Positions 50,279-63,866 of a stretch of 64,000 bases of DNA are shown in pieces. The notes beneath the pieces were generated by a model that did not search any database, had not been told where the DNA came from, and saw only the letters and a list, made by a program, of their open reading frames with translations. Both the position numbers and the translations under genes were made by a program. This DNA is from Chrysomallon squamiferum (lineage: Eukaryota > Animalia > Mollusca): contig CM022670.1 in the NCBI GenBank assembly GCA_012295275.1, forward strand, positions 39,432,001 through 39,496,000, in the 5' to 3' direction. The number at the start of each line of letters is the position of its first letter. The first letter of the stretch is position 1.

Positions 50279-52550
50279 TATTTGAATGACCGACTCACAA
50301 TATTCGTTACCCATTCTAACCACTGTCTCCAAGTATTATTAACCTACCATGAGTGTTATTTAACTCTAACTGTTACCTGTTCATGAACCTTTTTCTCTAT
50401 ATTTTCTTTACCATTTGTGATCGCGTATTCTTTTCCAACATTTTTTCGTCACATTTTGCAGCATCATTTTCGTAACTGTTATCCATCTTAATCAGTATTC
50501 TGTATTTTTTAAAATGACTGTTTTCTTACGTTGTAGAAACTGGACAAAGAAGAAACCAGACAGGACGGGGACGATTCTGGACAAGGATCTGAAACAAAGG
50601 AGAAGCCAGGAAATGAAGAACGCGACAGTGAAAAGGGTTCTAAAGACGTCACTTCTGTAAGTTTTCAGTGTCATTTTGTTCTTTCTCTTAATTCCTAAAA
50701 ACTTGTATGTACATATACATACATAATACATACATTCATAGATACAGCCATATATAATAAGCATATACGTTGTCTCGATGGTCAAACGGTAACGTCGTCC
50801 GCCTTCGGAGTGCGGGCGAATGGATGCCATATGTTCGAGTCTCGTCAACGGTCAGGTCTGATTGGACTTTGTCTTCCTGCGCCAGTGCGTTCCCGAATAT
50901 TGTCTATGTGCAGAGTCTAATCAGACGTATGTAAGACAGATACATACATACATATGTATACGTATGTACATATTATGTATTCATTTTACAAATTTTCTTA
51001 TTGTTGTGTTTTATAGTGTATCATTGTTGTATCTAACTCGGGCCGTATTCAAGGTTTTGACGCGTGTCTTATTGTACAATTTCAGGAGTCTGGAGATTCA
51101 CCTGAAAAGAAACGACTTGGTCCAGGAATGAAGTCTTCATCTGACATCACAACGGTCAGAACTCTGATATAAATATAGATCTATACATTAATATATATAT
51201 ATATATATATAGATACACACACACACACATACATATATATACATTGCATAACTATATGTCTATCTGTGCATACACCTCTATCGAAAGTTAATATATATAA
51301 TTATATATATGCAGACACATGCACACACAAACACATACAAACATGCACCTGTACAAACATTTTAATACTGAAAGGTAATGGCTATTGTAAATCGAGATAT
51401 ATCTTAAACTATTAAAGTCATTAATAAAACATTTTAGAATTTTAATTAAAAAGGTTACATCGCTCGTATTTTTACTTTGATTCTAATAAAGTCCTCTTTG
51501 GGTGTCAGTGATTAGAATGATGTGTAATGAGTCCTAGATCAACTCTTCAGTCATTATCCTTCATGAAAGCTTTTTTTTTAAATGTGAATAACTGTAACAG
51601 TTTCAGGAGGACGACGATTCACCAGAAAAGAAGCGACTGGGTCCATGGATGAAGTCATCATCAGACATCTCAACGGTCAGAACAGTGAATCATAACATTC
51701 ATTTAACACTTCATTTTAATTAAACTGTTTTCTTTTTACAACAGTTTAATAAATGTTATCATATTGATAGTACTTCAGATTCAAACAGTAGAATTATAAT
51801 TACAGGGTTCTTTTAGTTACAGTTCCAGACTGAGAATTGTGACGAAGCATTTGTTACAGACGTCTCTGTATCTAAACATAACACAAACATTGTGCATAGC
51901 TGTTATAGGGACGTATTATCGTATTTTAATCTACGTACTTTCACGTTTTAATCTAATCTTCATACCTTCGTATTATGAGCTACATACAAACAGGTGTGTA
52001 TATTTGTTTACAGGTGTCTGAATTCGGTGATGATGGTAGGATGGCAACGAAACCTACAAAAGACAGTAAGGAGGGCGCAAACCAACAAAAGGTAACAACA
52101 TTTCCTTTATCGTTTTCACGAGTGGTAAGACTGATAATCTTCGAATTTAGATCTGTCCCTTGTGATCTAAAGATTTTCACAGTATTTCTTCTACGATTTT
52201 TTTTTTTTCTTATTCGATCAGCCCAGTGAAAGGTGCCGATCTGTTTTTGGAAAAATACGCAGCATTTTCACTTTCAGATCAGTTTTGTTTATGAAATAAA
52301 TTAAAATTAAAAAATAAAGTGTAAAAATAAGACATAGTAACTAAAACTGGATATTTTGTGAAGGAGGAGTCGAGAGTTTTATCAGCACTGCGCCGTCTGC
52401 TAACTGAACGACTTTTTGGCTCGTCTGGGGTCGGTGGCGGAAGGTCAAGTGTAAGGTCAAAAGCAAGGTCAACAGGAAACGCGGGAAGGACTACTGGAAA
52501 AAAAGGAGAAAAACAGGCGGTACATTTTATCATTGTTTTACACACACACA

Positions 52551-52613
<63 letters not shown>

Positions 52614-55336
52614 ACACACTTTGACACACATACACGCACACAATCACATAACCACATACACAGTGAAAATCACTATAACAACATTTCCGTGAAATGAAAA
52701 AAACATGCCTCTTCTCTTAGAGATTACTTTCGTTTTTTTTTTTTTTTTAAACTAATACAAGTTTAAGCATAACCAAGAATTTAATTTTGATGAGCTTTAA
52801 ATATATAGTAAATTATCATATACTTCAGATTGTTTAATCTACGTGTGTTGAAATATATAGATCTACATTAATTAATTTTATCCTTGAACTAGTGTTTTCT
52901 TCTCTTTTTCTATTCAGCCTGTAGTTATAGTCGTGGACGAGTACAAAGAACACTCTGATGCAGAAAAACGTTCATTGCCAAAAGTTGGCGACAGCAATGA
53001 GTTACCTCCCATTTCTGGGCCTGTACTTCCGGCACAACAGCCGATGGCTACGTCATTTTTTCAACGTCCAAATTCCAGCGTTTCCGACCAGTCTTCACTT
53101 TTAAGTTATGGTTTGAACAAGGACAAACTCTACTTAAATAAAGCACAAAAGAGTACGTTGATAATAGAACATAAATAATTGCAAAAAAGTTTGAACAACT
53201 TTACAATCTTTCAACATTTTAAAATACAACATTTAACTTGATTTTTAACTGTTAACAAATTATAACGATCATTCACTAACATTCTGTAACTTTTTATTTT
53301 TTTTTATTTATTTATTCATTCTTTTATTTATTATAAATAAACGCGTTAAACTATAAAGAATGCCGCCATTTTACTGGAAAAGGCTGACGAATTGCGGATA
53401 CATTTGTTTCCAGGTCACATCCACTGGTTCAAAACAGACTATAACGGTGGCCCCGAACGACGCTTTGATAAAAATATTGATAACCAGCAGGTACTTGTAT
53501 CATCATTTCTTTTCAAGCAGTACTTTAAACACATAGCGTATCTTTAAACACTTATAACAGAATACACACCTCACACGTGGTACAAATACAGGTCGTAGTA
53601 CGTGCTCTCCTGATTTTCACTGCTAATTTGCATCCCTGTGTGGACCTTAATCTCTGGGTGACCATAAATAAAATGGGTGGCTGGAAAAAATAGTCACAGA
53701 AATTGAGTCACAATTCAGTATAGGAGAAACAATCACAGGAAAAAAGTCACGAAATGTTTGCATTTGTAGAGTACTGAATTTGGCATCATAGTTTGCATGG
53801 GATAATTGTTAAGCTTACTGAATAGGCTAGATTAAAGAAAGAGGTTTCATACTGTGCAAGGGTGGTGACTTGTTACACTTATTAATTAGGATCAATTAGG
53901 CAGTAATAGGTCTAACTTACTGATTAGGATAGATTTAAACTAAGGGCTTCCTATTGTAAATGATTTATAAAATATCACAGGTTATATTATATGTGTTTCA
54001 CTATAAATTCTCCAGCTTGCTCAAGTATCAGACGTATATTTAATATGGAAGCTATTCACAGCAATAAGGCTGGTAACAAAATCTGTTAAGAGAGGTTCAT
54101 GTACCTGTGACGATTTGCAACTCGCAAAACAAAGTCGTGGATGGAAATGCATCAAAAGATCTAGCTGTAATTGGCAGAATTCCTTCGTGGTATTGGGTGG
54201 AACAATCCGCCTAAACCACCAACATTGAAAAAATCAAAGAACATTAATATTATATTTCTTAATCTTAATTAAAAATTGTGCATCCCCCCCCCTAGAATCG
54301 AATGCGATGTTATATAAAACATATTCTACATACATACATACTTACAGATAATATCCGAGCTCATCCCGGGACCTCATCACAATGTGCCGGCTGTGAGGCG
54401 TGTCCCGCCAGTTCTGCCCCCAGTGACAAGGAGAGAATTCAAGAAGGATCCAGCCAACTCTCCGATACGCTACACGAACAGGTCACGACACATAGACGTG
54501 CTGTCCATGGACGAATGGAGACTACGAAAGCTCCTAGAGGAGCTGTATAAGGACAAGAAGTACATGGACGGGCTCCTTCAACAACAAGGTATCATCCACA
54601 CAAAAAAAAAAAAAAAAAAAAAACAATTAATTATTTTACTTATTAATGACAGGTACCGGGCCAATTATCCGACGTCAATTTTCTTTATGTTTTTAATTTT
54701 AAAATGTTTATGCCTAATTATTTACCTATTTAGATGCCTTGGTACCGGAAAACCGAAATACCTCAGGGCCTCAAAGAATGGGGATAATTGGTCCGGTACC
54801 TGTATAAGAATAATAAAGTAGAATCGTTTGTTTTTGAAAAGTGTGTGCGTACCTATGTCTGCTGCATGCTGTGAAAAAGAGAGATAAGGTAAACGAGATA
54901 GGTAAACACTGACTGCACGCACCAATATGTATTGCAGTCGGATCAGGATCATCGTTTCTGCTTTATACAGAAGAGATCAGCAGCATTACTCACATCAGTA
55001 CTATTATAAATACTAAGATTTTGCATCGTACCTTGAAAGTAAGTCCACAAATTTGCTGTCTACGAAATTTCAACAACTATATTTTTGTCCTTTTCTTTTC
55101 GTTTTTTATCAGACAAACCTCCTGAAGTAAAAGAACTGGCTCATTACGGACGTGATTACCTCCTTCAACTTGCCGATTTCTGGGATTCTAAAGGCGTCCA
55201 TCCTCCACCTCCGCAAGAATCGAACTCACGACTCCAGCCACCTCCAGAACGTTCGAGAACGTCCATGAGTCTCAACGGACAGAAAAAAGACGACAAAACT
55301 CGACCAACATTAGAACGAAACAAAACTGTATCTTAG
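38834..55336 (+). CDS. Uncharacterised type I single-pass membrane protein (~1045 aa): signal peptide, Cys-rich ectodomain, Thr stalk, TM, ~700-aa charged cytoplasmic tail (copy A)
   Basis: 23 phase-consistent GT-AG exons: 38834-38891, 39397-39595, 40455-40564, 40864-40968, 41367-41528, 42346-42446, 45882-46002, 46434-46442, 46925-47155, 47548-47732, 48270-48332, 48647-48733, 49250-49381, 49683-49988, 50537-50656, 51086-51154, 51607-51675, 52014-52091, 52364-52519, 52918-53152, 53414-53490, 54348-54588, 55113-55336 (sum 3138 nt, no internal stop). Signal [19 protein letters not shown]; ectodomain [21 protein letters not shown]; [27 protein letters not shown] followed by RFRRKK. Confidence 0.85.
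39864..40067. mobile_element. Mariner-derived fold-back MITE
   Basis: Follows TA; imperfect mariner-type TIRs TTGGGTTGAGTAATAAGTCATTGTGGTT / AACCGCAATGATTTATTCCTCAAC. An internal perfect ~30-bp inverted repeat (39906-39935 / 39960-39989) reads [12 protein letters not shown], like the mariner transposase C-terminus (FY..GI.KL..RW). Absent from the same intron of the paralog. Confidence 0.75.
44762..44922. repeat. AT-rich minisatellite, ~37-40-bp unit x4
   Basis: TTTTAAATAGATAAATGATTATTTATTCCTTTTAATA-like unit repeated in tandem. Confidence 0.8.
46040..46280. repeat. (TATG)n/(TG)n microsatellite
   Basis: Seen directly; the MYVC ORFs are artefacts. Confidence 0.9.
50772..50955 (+). mobile_element. 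tRNA-derived SINE (intronic)
   Basis: Pol III A-box TGGTCAAACGG (50779-50789), B-box GTTCGAGTC (50833-50841), a GC-rich body and a (TACA)n 3' tail. No clean tRNA cloverleaf. Confidence 0.7.
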
Positions 55337-55423
55337 CATATATAGTTATTCTACACAAAACAAAAAAATGGTGTTGCACCTTATCTGTATACTTTTAGAT
55401 GCTGGGATTTTGAAAAAAACTGT

Positions 55424-55466
<43 letters not shown>

Positions 55467-56428
55467 TGTTGCCGAGTCGTGTTTATCATTTAAAACATGT
55501 TTGAGTAAAAAAAAAAAAAAAATGCTTCACAGTCGTGGTTTTGAAAACGGGTATAAATTTACCCTTTACAATGAAGTATTAATATTAGTTACTGAAAGAT
55601 TTTAGTCGATAATATAATCATAAGCTAAAAATAAAGGTTAGAGCTGAGAGCGAGTCCCATACGAACGTGTAGTTCAAAAATTAGGCAAATAGAACGTGAT
55701 ATAATTTGTTTGTTTCTTTTAATTTATTTGTGTGTGTTTTAGACAGCTACGGTTTCCTTTTGTGTTACGTTTTTCACTTTTGCATTTCTTGTATATATAT
55801 ATATATATATATATATGATCTCTGTTATACGCAATACTCACACGGCCATTCTGTATGTATATATATACTTTTTATTGTTTTACATGTTTGTATATAAAGA
55901 TGTGTGTTATAAATTAATAATCATACTGAACTTAATTTTGTAATCTGTTACACAAACGCATTCACCGACAGAGTATTTGTTACTAACAATGAACGAAGTG
56001 TTTGATCATGTCACGTGTCCGTATCGAAAACAGTATTTTTTAAACGTGCAGGACGTACGACCTTTGACCTAGAACCCGGTTCAGGGTCAGACGTCGCATT
56101 GTACTACAGATGCTCTGTTTTCCGATGACTCTGTAAAAGCAGAAATCATGACATGTCCGTGTTTTGGGATTGCTTGCGAAGTCCGCTGTTGAACGTTCTC
56201 TTGTTTTGACACTTGACGTCAGTGAACCACGCACCTCTTGGCATTCATGGCGCCATTGTTACGCAGGGACGGGTCCAGTTATTTTTTTTTTTTTTTTTTA
56301 GATGGGGGAGTTGACATAAAGACAAGTTAAAAATGTCTGTGGTGTAAAGGTAATTTCCGTAAAATAACTTTAAAATAAATGAATAAAAACTGCTCAATAT
56401 CTAGCAACTTCTTTCCTTCACCCTGACT

Positions 56429-56534
<106 letters not shown>

Positions 56535-57113
56535 AATAAATAAATCAATAAATCAATGAATAAAACTAATAAAACTAATAATAAAAATATTTTTTTTTTT
56601 TTTTTAAAAGAAATAGAATTACGAAATATGTCTACCAACTTATTATATTATAATTATCTGACAACAACAATGATTTATTAGGACATAGACAGTAAACTTC
56701 TGGGAATTATCTGGAACAGGAAATAACGTGGCAGAAGATACCTTACTTATGAGTCCTTTACTGAATTTACAATATGCAGTTAAAAATTATTCTGTAAGAA
56801 TTTTATAAACGATTTTGCCTTTGTCATACAGAAATACATGTATTTTTCAGTTGAATTTTAAAACACACGCTAGATCTGGCACTGAGCTCCTGAATCCCAG
56901 TTACGCTGCCTACATGGACGAATTTGAAACAATACATCGTTTTTCATTGTCACAACAACTTCAAATATAAACCCAAGTTCGAAACTGGTTTCGTTATTCC
57001 AATGTACTTATAGAACTGGGTATATATAAATAATTATACGTTGATAAAAAAAAAATAATAATAATAATAAATAAAAAATAAATTAATTAATAAAAAAAAA
57101 ATAAAAAATAAAA

Positions 57114-58419
57114 ATGTCTGGTGTAAAACAAATATCAAAAGAAATTGCGAAAACCTTGTTGTTTTTAACGGTTCTGAGAACTACGCTTGTGAATTCAAGA
57201 GGTAAGAGATTAATTTTAAAATTATTTATAAGATTATAAATGATATACATGCTGCTAAAGATTTAACGTTTTTTTTTTAAATTTTATTTTAAAAAATGTA
57301 TTTATATTTATACTGATTACTGTTGTTGTTTTCCGAATAAGATATATCTAATACTAATACATATATATATATATATAAATATATATAAACCATGTCAATA
57401 ACTTTTGTATTGAAGAGATCAAATTCTACATCTAATAACTTTAAATCAGACACTCAAGTGAAGTAGTTATTGCATTTTGAAACTAACATTAAGTTGGCAT
57501 ATTTCGCCATTATGGGTGAACTTTCGTCTGTTTTGGAGAGGTAGTGTCGTAATTATAAAGACCATATTAATGTTATTCTGAAGATATCGTGTTCTCTCTC
57601 AAGGCTGTCTTATAAATCTTTTTTTATTACTAACAATTAGAACATTCACACGTTAGAGTGACACCATGAAAGGCGTAGTTAAGGCCTTTATCGCTCCGTT
57701 ATTTAGATATAAAATTCGTAAGTAAACACCGAGGTGTACCTCCGTAACTGAAACATGTACAATACACGTATAAACTCAAACATCCATTAAAAAAAAACAG
57801 AGCAGGTATAGCGAGTTAATGAAGATCTTTTGAAATAAAGAAATACACAGAAAAGTTATTTTAGACGACTGTATTGTGACGGTTGTCGAAATATATAACT
57901 TACAGGATAAACGTTTTAGTGGTGTGATCATTAATATGTGTTGTGGCCGTCATAACGTATTTTTATTGTTGTTGTAAATCTTTATAACTTGATGGTTGTC
58001 AAAATATCGTATTTTCTTTCAATGAATGATCCGGCAACCATATAAACTATAAACAATTAAGACAACATAAATAATATATCTCAGTAGTTCGTTCGCTGCT
58101 GGTCCTGTCTTACTTTCAGTATGAATTCATAATGATATTGTGAAGGATTGTATTAACAATGCTGTAAACATATTGGGAAGCATTTAGCATGACGTGTCAA
58201 TTCGTTGTTGTGTTAGAAATCATATTTTGGCTCAGACATCACAGTACACCCTACTACACTAGATCATAATTCTCACAATACATGTCAATTTTTCCACATC
58301 TTGTGTGTGTTTGAGCATGTATATGTTTATATTAAAAAAAAATTAACCTATTTTGTATGAATATGTTGAAAATGAAAAAAACACGTCCCACACACAAGAT
58401 CGTTTGTCCTTTTCGTTCC

Positions 58420-58450
<31 letters not shown>

Positions 58451-58855
58451 AATCCAATAATTCTACTAATATAAGCAATGAGTTCTTAAGATTATCTTTT
58501 ATATTACGTGGAATTACTGTTACCAGTTCATAACCAAAGTATTTTATTTCTGTCAGCTCCAGATTCTCCAGATACTCTCATCTCGGTGATTAACGACACC
58601 GCAGTGTTGGTTCAGTGGACGCCATCGCAACGCGACGGGTGTGCACGAGAGATCAACGGCTACGTGGTCGTCTACGGCAAACTCACGGACCTGGGACTGT
58701 TGACTGACAGTCTACAAACTCGCAGAATTCCCAATCCCGACAGACGTTTCGCCATACTGAGACTGGACTCCGGAGTAACATACGGAGTCTCTGTCGGAGC
58801 GTTCTCGAGAGGTCTCGCGGGTCCAATCAGCGCCCCCAAGTTTATTAGTTTATAA
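57114..58855 (+). CDS. Signal-peptide-like exon plus one fibronectin type III domain (~128 aa); small secreted FN3 protein or truncated gene
   Basis: TATATAAA at ~57023. Exon 57114-57201 (MSGVKQISKEIAKTLLFLTVLRTTLVNSR, donor GTAAGA, phase 1) joins exon 58557+ (APDSP..NDTAVLVQWTPS..EINGYVVVY..LDSGVTYGVSVGAFSRGLAGPISAP), which carries the FN3 W, Y and L..Y.V.V.A motifs. TAA at 58853-58855. Confidence 0.65.
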
Positions 58856-59559
58856 ACAAGCGGAGGTAACTCTGGTCACTTTCAAAAGACTTGACATATT
58901 GACTACAAATATGAATTTCAGTTTTGTTCAGTCCCCAGGCAGCAGATCAAGAGGCGACAACCTTGTAGGACAAAATATCTGCTTTGATTGAGGATTATCA
59001 GGTGCCTGTGTCGATGGCAATAATTGCAGATGTAATATTAAATATACCAATCATATTATAATATCACGTAAAATTATATGGTTTTTCAAGAATAAATTTT
59101 ACATTATACAACGAAGTGAATTGTTGTTCTTTAACACTCTTGGCAGTACGAAGCCACCCTTTGAAATTAGAACTTCACAAATCCACTTCTTTCAGATAAA
59201 ATATACTTACACATATTTATTTATTTATTTACATTTTTAAAAATGTTTATGAACTATAACCTATAGATATAATGGAATTTTTATAATGAACATATTATAG
59301 TTATTATTATATTCATATCTATTTGTGCTAAACATAACATTTTTAGTATTTCATAATATATTTTCAGTAAATTAAATCTGGAAAGATAATGTAAAGGTAA
59401 TAAACACATACTTTTTAAAACAATTGTTACTTAACACGGATCGCTGTGAGTAGAATTAATATTTCGTTTAACAAATCCTATAGCGTGCTTTGCTACGCCA
59501 TATCCTATAATCCTGCATTACTGTGTAGTTCCATTCCATACAATACCATACTACAGTTT

Positions 59560-61105
59560 ATTGTAGTATACCGAAGTGCACTATACCATACCATACTACA
59601 CAATACTGTACTGTACTACACCATACTACACTATACTTCTCTATACCACACTACACTACACTATACCATATTTTACTATATTACACTACACTATACTACA
59701 CTATACTACACTATACTATACTACACTACACTACACTATACTATAGTTTACTATACTATACTATACTACACTACACTATACTATATTTTACTATACTATA
59801 CTACACTACACTGTACTATATTTTACTATACTATACTACACTACACTATACTATATTTTACTATACTATACTACACTACACTGTACTACACTACACTACA
59901 CTATACTATATTTTACTATACTATACTACACTACACTATACTATATTTTACTATACTATACTACACTACACTGTACTATATTTTACTATACTATACTACA
60001 CTACACTATACTATATTTTACTATACTATACTACACTACACTATACTATATTTTACTATACTATACTACACTACACTATACTTTACTATATTTTACATAC
60101 TATACTACACTACACTACTATATTTTACTATACTATACTTACACTACACTATACTATATTTTTACTATATTTTACTATACTACACTACACACTATACTAC
60201 TATACTATATTTTACTATACTATACTACACTACACTATACTATACACTATACTACACTATACTATACTTTTTTTACTATACTATACTACACTACACTACA
60301 CTATATTTTTTACTATACCATTTTTACTATACTATCTACACTACACTACACTATGATATCCTACACTACACTACACTATACTACACTATGCTATTACTTT
60401 TACTATATTTACTACACTACACTATACTATATTTTACTATACTATACTACACTACACTACACTACACTATACTATACTTTACTACTATGCTACACTATAC
60501 TACTACTACACTACACTATACTATACTACTACACTATACTATACTACACTACACTATACTATATTTTACTATACTATACTACACTATACTACTATACTAT
60601 ACTTTTACACTACACTACACTACACTACACTATACTATACTATACTACACACTACACTACATTTTATATACTATATTTTACTACTATACTACACTACACT
60701 ACACACACTACACTACTACTACACTATATACTACCACTATATTTTACTATATTTACTATATACACTACACTACACTATACTTTTACTACACTACACTATA
60801 CTACACTACACTATATTTTACTATATTTTACTATACACTATACACTACACTACACTATTCTATATTTCACTATACTATATTACACTACACTGTACTACAC
60901 TACACTACACTATACTATATTTTACTATGCTACACTACACTACACTATTCTATATTTCACTATACTATATTACACTACACTGTACTACACTACACTACAC
61001 TATACTATATTTTACTATGCTACACTACACTACACTATACTATATTTTACCATACTATTCTATTTTATACTTTTCTATCCTATACTATATTATACTATAC
61101 TATAT
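59560..61105. repeat. Pentanucleotide satellite (CTACA/CTATA/TTTTA) with a higher-order ~90-bp unit at its 3' end
   Basis: Seen directly; the ~90-bp block CACTATTCTATATTTCACTATACTATATTACACTACACTGTACTAC.. starts at ~60853 and again at ~60943. Confidence 0.95.
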
Positions 61106-61168
61106 TAAGGTGATACAAGATATAATATAATAAAATATAATATAATATAATATAATAGCCTTAATCCA

Positions 61169-61263
61169 TAAGAATGCTCCCATTTTACTGATAAAGGCTG
61201 ATGAATTATGGATTCATTATTTCCAGGTCACATCCATTGGTTCAAAACAGACTATAATGGCGG
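61169..61263 (+). pseudogene. Orphan fragment of the intron 20/exon 21 junction of the membrane-protein gene
   Basis: AAGAATGC.CCATTTTACTG..AAAGGCTGA.GAATT..TTTCCAGGTCACATCCA.TGGTTCAAAACAGACTATAA.GG matches 53355-53448, then breaks off mid-exon. Confidence 0.85.
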
Positions 61264-61540
61264 ATGTAATATAATATAATACAATGCACTGCACTATCAA
61301 AAAGCACAACAATTACTAAGATATACGTAGAAAGGACTTTTCTGTAACCTTTATATTTACTTTATATTAGTTTCGTATCTGCTTACAATTAAAATATAAT
61401 GGATCATTCAATAAGTGTTATATCAGCTTATATATCCATTTATCTGACTGTTTTTTGTCCACTATTTTCTTAACTATGTGGTGTTAAAACTGGCTTTATA
61501 CTGACGTGAAATTGAAGAAGGTTTGGAGATATTAAGAAAA

Positions 61541-61850
61541 ATGAGGATATTTTCTGTGGTAGTTATTTTCTTCATCGGGAATATTTTATTTACCTGTGGT
61601 GAGTAGTTATTAATGATAATATAGCTCTACTTTGATTTAATTAATAACATTCTTTTATTGTCTACATCAGAAGAAGTTTCTCAAGATTTCTCATATTCTT
61701 GTAACAGCTCTAAGAATGTCTAAATTTGAAAACTAATTCATCACATTTTCCTTTCACAAAAATAAATTTGCTAGTCTAAAGAATAAAATGAAGATTAATG
61801 TCCGTAAATTCATGTTACATTATATCATACCTACAGTTGTCCAGATTATG

Positions 61851-61939
<89 letters not shown>

Positions 61940-63829
61940 CGCATTAATTCGATATTCATAATGCACGATGAATTGTGAAATAGATGCACTAATACTTAAA
62001 CCCAAAAATCATTTTACAAATTCAGTAAAAACCATTCGAAATATTTTCGAATATTTTGAAACATCTTTACAGTACATTTTAAACATAATATATTAGAAAT
62101 ATTTGAACACATCTTTACATTAATTTATTAACATATTATACTTTTGATAAATGAATGAGTTGATAATGTGATCTTTCATCTGTTGTTGTGTTGTTTGTGT
62201 TACTGTTTCAGAGAGTGTAACACCAGGATGCACACTGCCCAGCGTGTTACAAGGAACGTGGGCAATGACAAGATTTGGACTAACACCTCTCGGTTTTAAT
62301 TCAACCCACGTTACACAGTTTCCTATTGACAAATCAACATGTAATTTATGTAATACTGCTTATGATTTCTACTGCTACAAGAAAACCGGAACAACACAAT
62401 ATGAGCTCAAGTAAGTAACAGTATAGTAATATCAAACTTTGTAAATTTTAAAATATCAGACCATCGAGCTGTAGAACGTGAAATGTGACAAAATTGATTT
62501 ACTGAAGTTAAGAAATAGTTTGCTTCTCCTGCTGTTATAGGAATTCTAGAACACTATTTGCTCTCAAGTCAATTCAAGTTAATATATATATATATATATA
62601 TAAACGTTTTTTCTTTCAAAGTATTGTAGAAAAGTGATAGACAATTTTGCTGATAAAGTTTAATCATTTATGTATATAAAAAAAAACAGAACATGGAAGA
62701 TCATGATTGACCCAGAAGTAAATAACATGAATTCACGTATATTTAGATTTAGATCTCAGTCACAACAGAACAGAAAGAAAAGGTAAATGAAATATTATGA
62801 AATAATCAGAATATTACTATTATTATTATTATTGTCGTTGTTGTTATTGTAATAGTATTTTACTTTTATTTTCACTATTTGTTATCTTACTTTCGTTTTC
62901 AGAAGTGTGGAAGGAGCACAGCTTTATTCTGGAGGATCGTTCACTTTGTACATGTGCTGGGATTTGGAAACTGTCGACGACTCCACTGTTATAGTCCACG
63001 AACTGACATCAAGTAAGAAAATCAAATCACATCATTAACTCGGTTTTAGTGAAATGGCACACAAAAATAAGAATTTTTCTAAAATCTGAATAAGCACTGT
63101 TAGTTTACTGACATGCAAATGAATAAAATGAATTTGTGACTTAACACAGGAATAAGTCTAAATAGATGGTGATTAAGAAACAAAAATCTAAAATTAATAT
63201 ATACAGAATGTAACTTAAGATTTTATGATAATTTTTTATTTTAAAGTATATATTTACATGGTAATAAGTGGTGTTTATCTGAAGTTTCCATGGTCTATAT
63301 TTTATTTCAGTTGGAATGTTTGGACCTAATCGTATGAAACACGATGCAAACGGAATACCTAACTCTTGTGATTATACCACTTCTAATTCAGACCATGGAT
63401 TAATCGTTAAACTTGGTATGAAATATTGTCTGTAATTTAAGTAAAGCTTGCGTACTATATAATAAATAATTTTCGATATAGGTAAGCAAAGATACAGTTT
63501 ATTTTAATCAGGTATTTACTCTCTACGGACAGGTTAAGTGTCACGTATACATGTTGGAATTAAACGTCTACTATTTAAGCGTTTTCATTAAATTTACTTT
63601 TAACTTAAATGGGGGAGAAAAAAAAATGCGTTAAATAATTTTTCTGTTTAATATTAAAAAAAAAAAAAAAAAATTAAATTAAAATACCTGTAAGTACCAC
63701 AGCAGGCACAAAACAGCACTGCTGATATTATAATAGCAAAGGTTCTACTATTTTATAATCTGTTTTTAATGAAAATTATTATTGATATTGTTATGATTAA
63801 TGTTGTTCTTATTAGCATCATCAATCATA

Positions 63830-63866
<37 letters not shown>

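Noticed and set aside
50772-50850. Possible tRNA gene
   Set aside because: It has A and B boxes but no convincing cloverleaf, and it continues into a body and simple-repeat tail, so it is called a SINE.
53676-53755. Repeated AAAAAGTCACA motifs resembling a transposon terminus
   Set aside because: No partner inverted repeat or TSD was found, so it cannot be classified.
56040-56280. GC-richer segment with a 64-aa minus-strand ORF
   Set aside because: No motif or splice-linked partners; more likely regulatory or repeat-derived.
59446-61113. 555-aa and 251-aa Tyr/Thr/His/Leu-rich ORFs
   Set aside because: They are translations of the CTACA/CTATA pentamer satellite, which rarely forms stop codons on the + strand; several frames are open and there is no domain signal.
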